64,000 nt of DNA, taken from assembly GCA_963717005.1 (NCBI GenBank), contig OY970324.1, forward strand, positions 658,937 to 722,936. The letters run 5' to 3'. Source of the DNA: an uncultured delta proteobacterium. Lineage in GTDB: Bacteria; Desulfobacterota; Binatia; Binatales; Binataceae. The translations under genes were made by a program, and so were the position numbers. Below the pieces are notes generated by a model that was not told the origin of the DNA, made no database searches, and worked only from the letters and a program-made list of their open reading frames with translations. Shown piece after piece: positions 59,401-64,000 of the stretch (position 1 is its first letter; every line of letters starts with the position of its first letter).

Positions 59401-60362
59401 GTCTTGCCTGCGAATTCGTCGGTCGCACCAATCAATTCCTCCGTGATGCTTGCATTCGACGCGTCGTGGCCAGCGTTATCAACGATCGCCAGCTTTGCGC
59501 GCGGCCATGCGCGCTTGAGGTCGTACGCCCATCCGATTGGCGCTTGCAGGTCGAAGCGTCCGTTCACCATGATGCCGGGAGTGCCGGCGATCGCGCCGGC
59601 CTCGCGCAGCAAACTGCCGTCCTCGAGCCACGCATAGTGGCGGACGTAGTGCGTCACGATGCGCGCGAACGCCATCCTGAAGGCGGGATCTCTGAACCGC
59701 GGCGATAACCCATGCGTGGGCGGCCATGCGGGCGTCGCGGATTCCCACGTACACCATGCCAGCGCGGCTTGCTCGCGAATCGATGCGTCGGGATCGCTCA
59801 GCAACGCGTAGTATGCCTCGATGATATCGCCATCGCGCAGCGCGGGCGGGACCGCGACGCGCAGGCGCTCCCAATCCTCGGGGAATAGGTCAGCCACTCC
59901 GCCGCGGAATAACCAGTCGAACTCTTTGTGGCGACCGGTCGTCACGCCGAACAAAACTATTTCAGTGACGCGATTCGGATAACGCTCCGCATAAGCCAGC
60001 GCGAGCGTGCTGCCCCACGATCCGCCGAGCACCAGCCATCGCTCGACGCGCAGATGCTCACGCAAACGCTCGATATCCGCGATGAGGTTCGCAGTATTGT
60101 TGCTCGCAAGGTCGGTGTCCGCCGCGCTCGCATACGGCGTGCTCCGTCCGCAATTGCGCTGATCGAACAGCACTATGCGATAGGCAGACGGGTCGAACAG
60201 CCGGCGATGCCACGGCGTGCATCCCGATCCGGGACCACCATGCAGCACGATGGCCGTCTTGCCGCGTGGATTGCCGCAGGTCTCCCAGTACACCCGATTG
60301 CCGTGACCGACCTCCAGCATCCCGTGCGCGTAAGGTTCAATTGCTGGATATAGCTGCGTCAT
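59397..60362 (-). CDS. pip: Proline iminopeptidase
   Basis: LYPAIEPY, WETCGNP.G, LHGGPGSG, FDQRNCGRSTP, LGGSWGSTL.LAY, NGRFDL. Confidence 0.95.
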   Translation of the reverse strand: MTQLYPAIEPYAHGMLEVGHGNRVYWETCGNPRGKTAIVLHGGPGSGCTPWHRRLFDPSAYRIVLFDQRNCGRSTPYASAADTDLASNNTANLIADIERLREHLRVERWLVLGGSWGSTLALAYAERYPNRVTEIVLFGVTTGRHKEFDWLFRGGVADLFPEDWERLRVAVPPALRDGDIIEAYYALLSDPDASIREQAALAWCTWESATPAWPPTHGLSPRFRDPAFRMAFARIVTHYVRHYAWLEDGSLLREAGAIAGTPGIMVNGRFDLQAPIGWAYDLKRAWPRAKLAIVDNAGHDASNASITEELIGATDEFAGKT

Positions 60363-60461
60363 CGAGATAGCCGGGCTCAGATTCGCATCCGATGGCCCGG
60401 CACGCCAGTCCGGACGGATCATCCGCGGGCGTTGTTGCCGCTCGCGGATGCTCCCTGCGAA

Positions 60462-61013
60462 TCACTTCACGTCCACTTCCATCCGCATCCATGGATGGAT
60501 GCAGCACTCGAACAGATGTTTTCCCTTTGACAGGCCGGTGATATCGAGATGGCTGCCCTGAAGAACTCGGGTCTTGGCCACAGCGACGCTGCCAAAGCCG
60601 CCGCTGCATTCCGGAATGACGCTCGTCGCGCCGCCCGGGTTGAGCGGCGGCACGAATCCGTTACCGAATGCTTTCACCTCGGTAAAGGTGTGAACCTCAC
60701 CGCCCTGGTTGACTGCGGACACGACAGTCCCTTGCTTGATGGTTAGCGTGTCGGGTTCGAAATCCCAGCCCGGATCGGGGGTTCCAGCCTCCGCCCCCGC
60801 AACTAGATTGGACAGCAGGGTGCTGAATCCAGCCGCAATGTTCTTACATTCGTCAGGGCCCAGAGCAGCGTTGAACGTGGTCGGATCGCATTCGTCCAAT
60901 GCCACAACCTGGGTGATACCCGGCGAGTTTCCATTTCCCTGAGCGATCGCGTGTGTTGCGCCGGCTAAAATCGCCCACCCAGCCAGCAGAGTTAGCATCG
61001 CTACCTTTTTCAT
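60462..61013 (-). CDS. Secreted cupredoxin-like (type 1 copper) protein
   Basis: Signal peptide ending AIA; NQGGEVHTFT and FECCIHPWM supply His/Cys/His/Met ligands. Confidence 0.75.
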   Translation of the reverse strand: MKKVAMLTLLAGWAILAGATHAIAQGNGNSPGITQVVALDECDPTTFNAALGPDECKNIAAGFSTLLSNLVAGAEAGTPDPGWDFEPDTLTIKQGTVVSAVNQGGEVHTFTEVKAFGNGFVPPLNPGGATSVIPECSGGFGSVAVAKTRVLQGSHLDITGLSKGKHLFECCIHPWMRMEVDVK

Positions 61014-61085
61014 TACTCGTTCCTCCTCTTGAACTTTTGAAGTTGATCATTCGCGGGGTTAATCTTGTTCCGCCAACCGCGCCCG

Positions 61086-61979
61086 CTAGGGATAGATGCC
61101 GGTCGCGGTGGTCACGCTTTCACCGTCGCCGCCGAGAATGCTCGAGATCTCGCCGCTCGCCGTGTTGTCACTGCCGCCACTGACGCTCGAGAGCGCGCCG
61201 CTCGCCACGTTGCCAAAGCCGCCGCCGACGCTCGAGGTCTCACCGCTCGCCGTGTTGTCTTGGCCGCCGCTGATGCTAGAGACAAGGCCGCTCGCTCGGT
61301 TGTCAAAACCACCAGTGACGCTCGCGCCGTCGGCAGAGACCGAAGACGCAAAGCACACGAATGGGTAGGAAGTCTGGCCCGCGGTGTTGCATTCGCCACC
61401 GGTAACACTGGCGAATTTGACGCTGGTGAAGTTCGCGTAGCCGAAGACCACGCTGCCGCTGCTGGTGAACTCGTGCTGTGGGCCGACTACCAGGTTATGT
61501 GACCCGCTCCGGTTGCCGTCGATGGTCGATGCGGCCATTGAGTCCTCGTCATAGCCGATCACCAGGTTCCCCAGCCCGCTGCTGTCCACCGTGGAGCCCG
61601 ACCCGCTCTCGATGTGGACGTTGGCCCCGCTGAAGATGATGTGCGGTCCCTTGAGACCGTTCTCCGCGCTGCTGTCCACGCTGACGTAGGGACCCAGCGC
61701 CAGCGCATGGTTGTTCTGCACGGCGGTCAGCGTGGTCTGGAGCGACGAGACCTGTGAGGTCAAGCTGGTGACCTGTGCCTGGAGCGCCGTGATCGCTGTG
61801 AGCAGGCACCTGGCCGAGGTACTGGTGGGCTTGCAGGTTTTCTTGGACGCGGCAACATCCTGTGCCTGAAAGTCCGATGTTCCCGCGGCGGACGCCTCCT
61901 GCGCCAGCACCTGCGCGCATCGCCCGCATACCAGGAACAGTGCCACCACGAAGACCAGGATCAGGTTGAGCTGCTTCAT
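61086..61979 (-). CDS. Secreted fibre/adhesin-like protein (coiled coil plus Gly/Ser-rich 15-aa repeats)
   Basis: Signal peptide; heptad stretch LLTAITALQAQVTSLTSQVSSLQTTL; GLGNLVIGYDE..SGSHNLVVG; repeats SSVSGG.DN.ASG. Confidence 0.7.
   Translation of the reverse strand: MKQLNLILVFVVALFLVCGRCAQVLAQEASAAGTSDFQAQDVAASKKTCKPTSTSARCLLTAITALQAQVTSLTSQVSSLQTTLTAVQNNHALALGPYVSVDSSAENGLKGPHIIFSGANVHIESGSGSTVDSSGLGNLVIGYDEDSMAASTIDGNRSGSHNLVVGPQHEFTSSGSVVFGYANFTSVKFASVTGGECNTAGQTSYPFVCFASSVSADGASVTGGFDNRASGLVSSISGGQDNTASGETSSVGGGFGNVASGALSSVSGGSDNTASGEISSILGGDGESVTTATGIYP
61153..61325. repeat. 45-bp intragenic tandem repeat (about 3.8 copies)
   Basis: CCGCTCGC units start at 61153, 61198, 61243 and 61288, encoding the 15-aa repeats. 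Confidence 0.85.
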
Positions 61980-62163
61980 ATGCCTTGCAATGACTCGTTC
62001 ATCCGTTTTGAAGTGAATCATTCGTTCTTGCGCGCATCTTCTGCGGATTGCGGCCTGCCAACAATGGAGAAGGGATGGATGTTTCCTGCATTTGTTGTGT
62101 AGGAAACGCAGCTAGCCAGTGACAGACTACGCAACTAGAATTGGGCACTCCCAAGGGGTTCGA

Positions 62164-63999
62164 ATGCCTACGAATATCTGCAGTTTTGCGGACTACGAGC
62201 TTGACCGGACTGCCTACCAGCTCCGGCGCAAGGGCCGTCCCGTGCAGCTGGAGCGTATCCCCCTCGAGGTGCTCTTCATTCTTGCCGACCGGCGCGGGCA
62301 GCTCGTTACGCGCGAGGAAATTCTGGAGCGCGTGTGGGGCAAAGGCGTCTTCCTGGATACCGACAACGCCATCAATACGGCGGTGCGAAAGATCCGGCAC
62401 GCACTACACGACGACTCCGATTCGCCGCGATTCGTGGCCACCGTGCCGGCAAAGGGCTATCGATTCGTCGCGGAGATTCGCGCGCCGAAGACAAGTAGAG
62501 CGGAGCAATTTCGAGCTCGGCCGCCTAGTGGGATGGTGGGACGCGAGCGCGAGCTCGCTTCGCTGCTGAACGGACTCGACGAGGCGCCTTCACGGCACGG
62601 GCGCCTCTTCCTGATTTCCGGCGAGCCCGGCGTCGGCAAGACGCGGATGGCGGACGAGGTTGCGGCCGCGGCCGACGCAAAGCGAATGGCGATTATGGTC
62701 GGGCATTGCTCCGAGCACGACGAAGCCGTCGCTTATCTGCCGTTCGTGGAAATCCTGGAAGACTTTGTCGATCGCGAATCAAACCCGGAGGTGCTGCGCG
62801 CCGCTCTCGGCGACCAGGCATCGGAGTTGGCGCGCTTGATCCCCAAACTCAAGCACATCCTGCCGGAACTTCCGCCTCCGCTCGATTTGCCGCCGGCTCA
62901 GGCGCGGCGCCATTTGTTCAATTGCTTTTTCGACTTCGTTGCTCGAATCGCTTCGGAACGATCGACTCTGATGATTCTCGAGGACCTTCACTGGGCCGAC
63001 GATTCGACCTTGTCGCTGCTCGATCATCTGACCCAGCGGCTTTCCGAGCTGCCTCTGATGCTGATCGGCACCTACCGCGACGCCGAGCTCAATGTCACTC
63101 ACCAGCTGGCAAAGACGCTGGAAGATTTGCTGCGGGGCCGACTCGCCACTCACGTGAGGCTGAAAGGCTTGCCGCGCGACGGGGTGGCCGCGATGCTCGA
63201 TAGCTTGAGCGGGAAATCGGCGCCCGCCGCGGTGGTTGGCGAAATATTCGCCGAGACCGAAGGCAATCCTTTCTTCGTCGAGGAACTGTTCCGCCATCTC
63301 GAAGAGGAAAATCAACTGTACGATTCGTCGGGACAGTTTCGCTCGGAGCTCAAGATTGGAGAGCTGGACGCGCCGCCGACTGTGCGGCTGGTCGTGGCGC
63401 GGCGACTGGCGCGGCTCAACGATCTGACACAGAGGATGCTCGCGACGGCGGCGGTGATCGGACGCCTTTTCAGTTTTGAAATTCTTCAGGCTTCGTGCGA
63501 CGCCGATGCGGATTCGATTCTGGAACGAGTCGAGGAAGCTGAAAAGGCCGGCGTGATCTTCTCGGTCGCGGAAAGTCCGAAGGTCAGGTTTGAGTTCTCT
63601 CACGAGCTTATTCGCCAGACGGTGCTCGCCGACCTGTCTGCGGCGCGACGCCAGCGGCTGCATCTCGAGGTGGCCGAAGCGATCGAGCGAACCTGTGCCG
63701 CTGGGTCGGGATCCACATTTGCCGGCAGCCTCGACGACCACATCACCGAACTGGCGCATCACTACTCGCATAGCGCCAACGCCTGGCAGGCGGTGAAATA
63801 TCTCCATCTGGCGGGCGAGCGGGCGGCGGCGTGCTGCGCGATGCTCGAGGCGGAGCGTCACTACATGACCGCGCTCCAGCTGCTTGACGAATTGCCCGAA
63901 ACGACCGAACGAGATCGTCGGGAGCTTGCCTTGCAGATCCTGCTCGGTTCGGCCGCTGCAGCCGTCAAGGGAATTGGCGCGCCTGAAAGAGCGCGCAGC
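62164..63999 (+). CDS. Winged-helix (OmpR/CadC-type) - AAA ATPase - TPR regulator, 3'-truncated by window edge
   Basis: Not in the ORF track because it has no stop; GQLVTREEILERVW, TVPAKGYRF, GEPGVGKTR, LEDLHWAD, EGNPFFVEEL; frame checked at several points to the end. Confidence 0.9.
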   Translation, partial: MPTNICSFADYELDRTAYQLRRKGRPVQLERIPLEVLFILADRRGQLVTREEILERVWGKGVFLDTDNAINTAVRKIRHALHDDSDSPRFVATVPAKGYRFVAEIRAPKTSRAEQFRARPPSGMVGRERELASLLNGLDEAPSRHGRLFLISGEPGVGKTRMADEVAAAADAKRMAIMVGHCSEHDEAVAYLPFVEILEDFVDRESNPEVLRAALGDQASELARLIPKLKHILPELPPPLDLPPAQARRHLFNCFFDFVARIASERSTLMILEDLHWADDSTLSLLDHLTQRLSELPLMLIGTYRDAELNVTHQLAKTLEDLLRGRLATHVRLKGLPRDGVAAMLDSLSGKSAPAAVVGEIFAETEGNPFFVEELFRHLEEENQLYDSSGQFRSELKIGELDAPPTVRLVVARRLARLNDLTQRMLATAAVIGRLFSFEILQASCDADADSILERVEEAEKAGVIFSVAESPKVRFEFSHELIRQTVLADLSAARRQRLHLEVAEAIERTCAAGSGSTFAGSLDDHITELAHHYSHSANAWQAVKYLHLAGERAAACCAMLEAERHYMTALQLLDELPETTERDRRELALQILLGSAAAAVKGIGAPERARS

Positions 64000-64000
64000 C

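Overview
GC-rich bacterial chromosomal segment. The gene mix (amidohydrolase_2, LLM, SDR/GST families, STAND-type cyclase, B12 salvage) suggests a soil Binatota/deltaproteobacteria-like organism; this is inference only. Housekeeping genes: split propionyl-CoA-carboxylase parts with methylmalonyl-CoA mutase, pdaD, prs, proS, trpS, nfo, nadK-recN, tRNA-Ala(GGC), lemA-TPM, tpx, bluB, cobT-cobS/cobU, cobalamin riboswitch-btuB, glnE, pip. Highlights: (1) two selenoprotein genes split or truncated in the ORF track (a SelW/Rdx-type CxxU protein at 4248-4550 and an orphan PrdB/GrdB-like UxxC protein at 37784-38632), each with an in-frame TGA and a SECIS-like hairpin; (2) three tandem secreted collagen-like paralogs with length-matched Gly-X-Y helices (29/28/30 triplets) next to a Cys-rich CCP/MauG-like diheme protein, a candidate heterotrimeric and possibly oxidatively cross-linked bacterial collagen system; (3) an 81-bp diverged duplication of the glnE 3' end flanking a small islet; (4) a Fur-box-preceded cupredoxin, monoheme cytochrome and beta-barrel operon; (5) several apparently leaderless genes and REP-like inverted repeats; (6) four frameshifted genes (prs, trpS, a GST, an SDR) that may be sequencing errors. 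No CRISPR array, rRNA, integrase or transposase was recognised.
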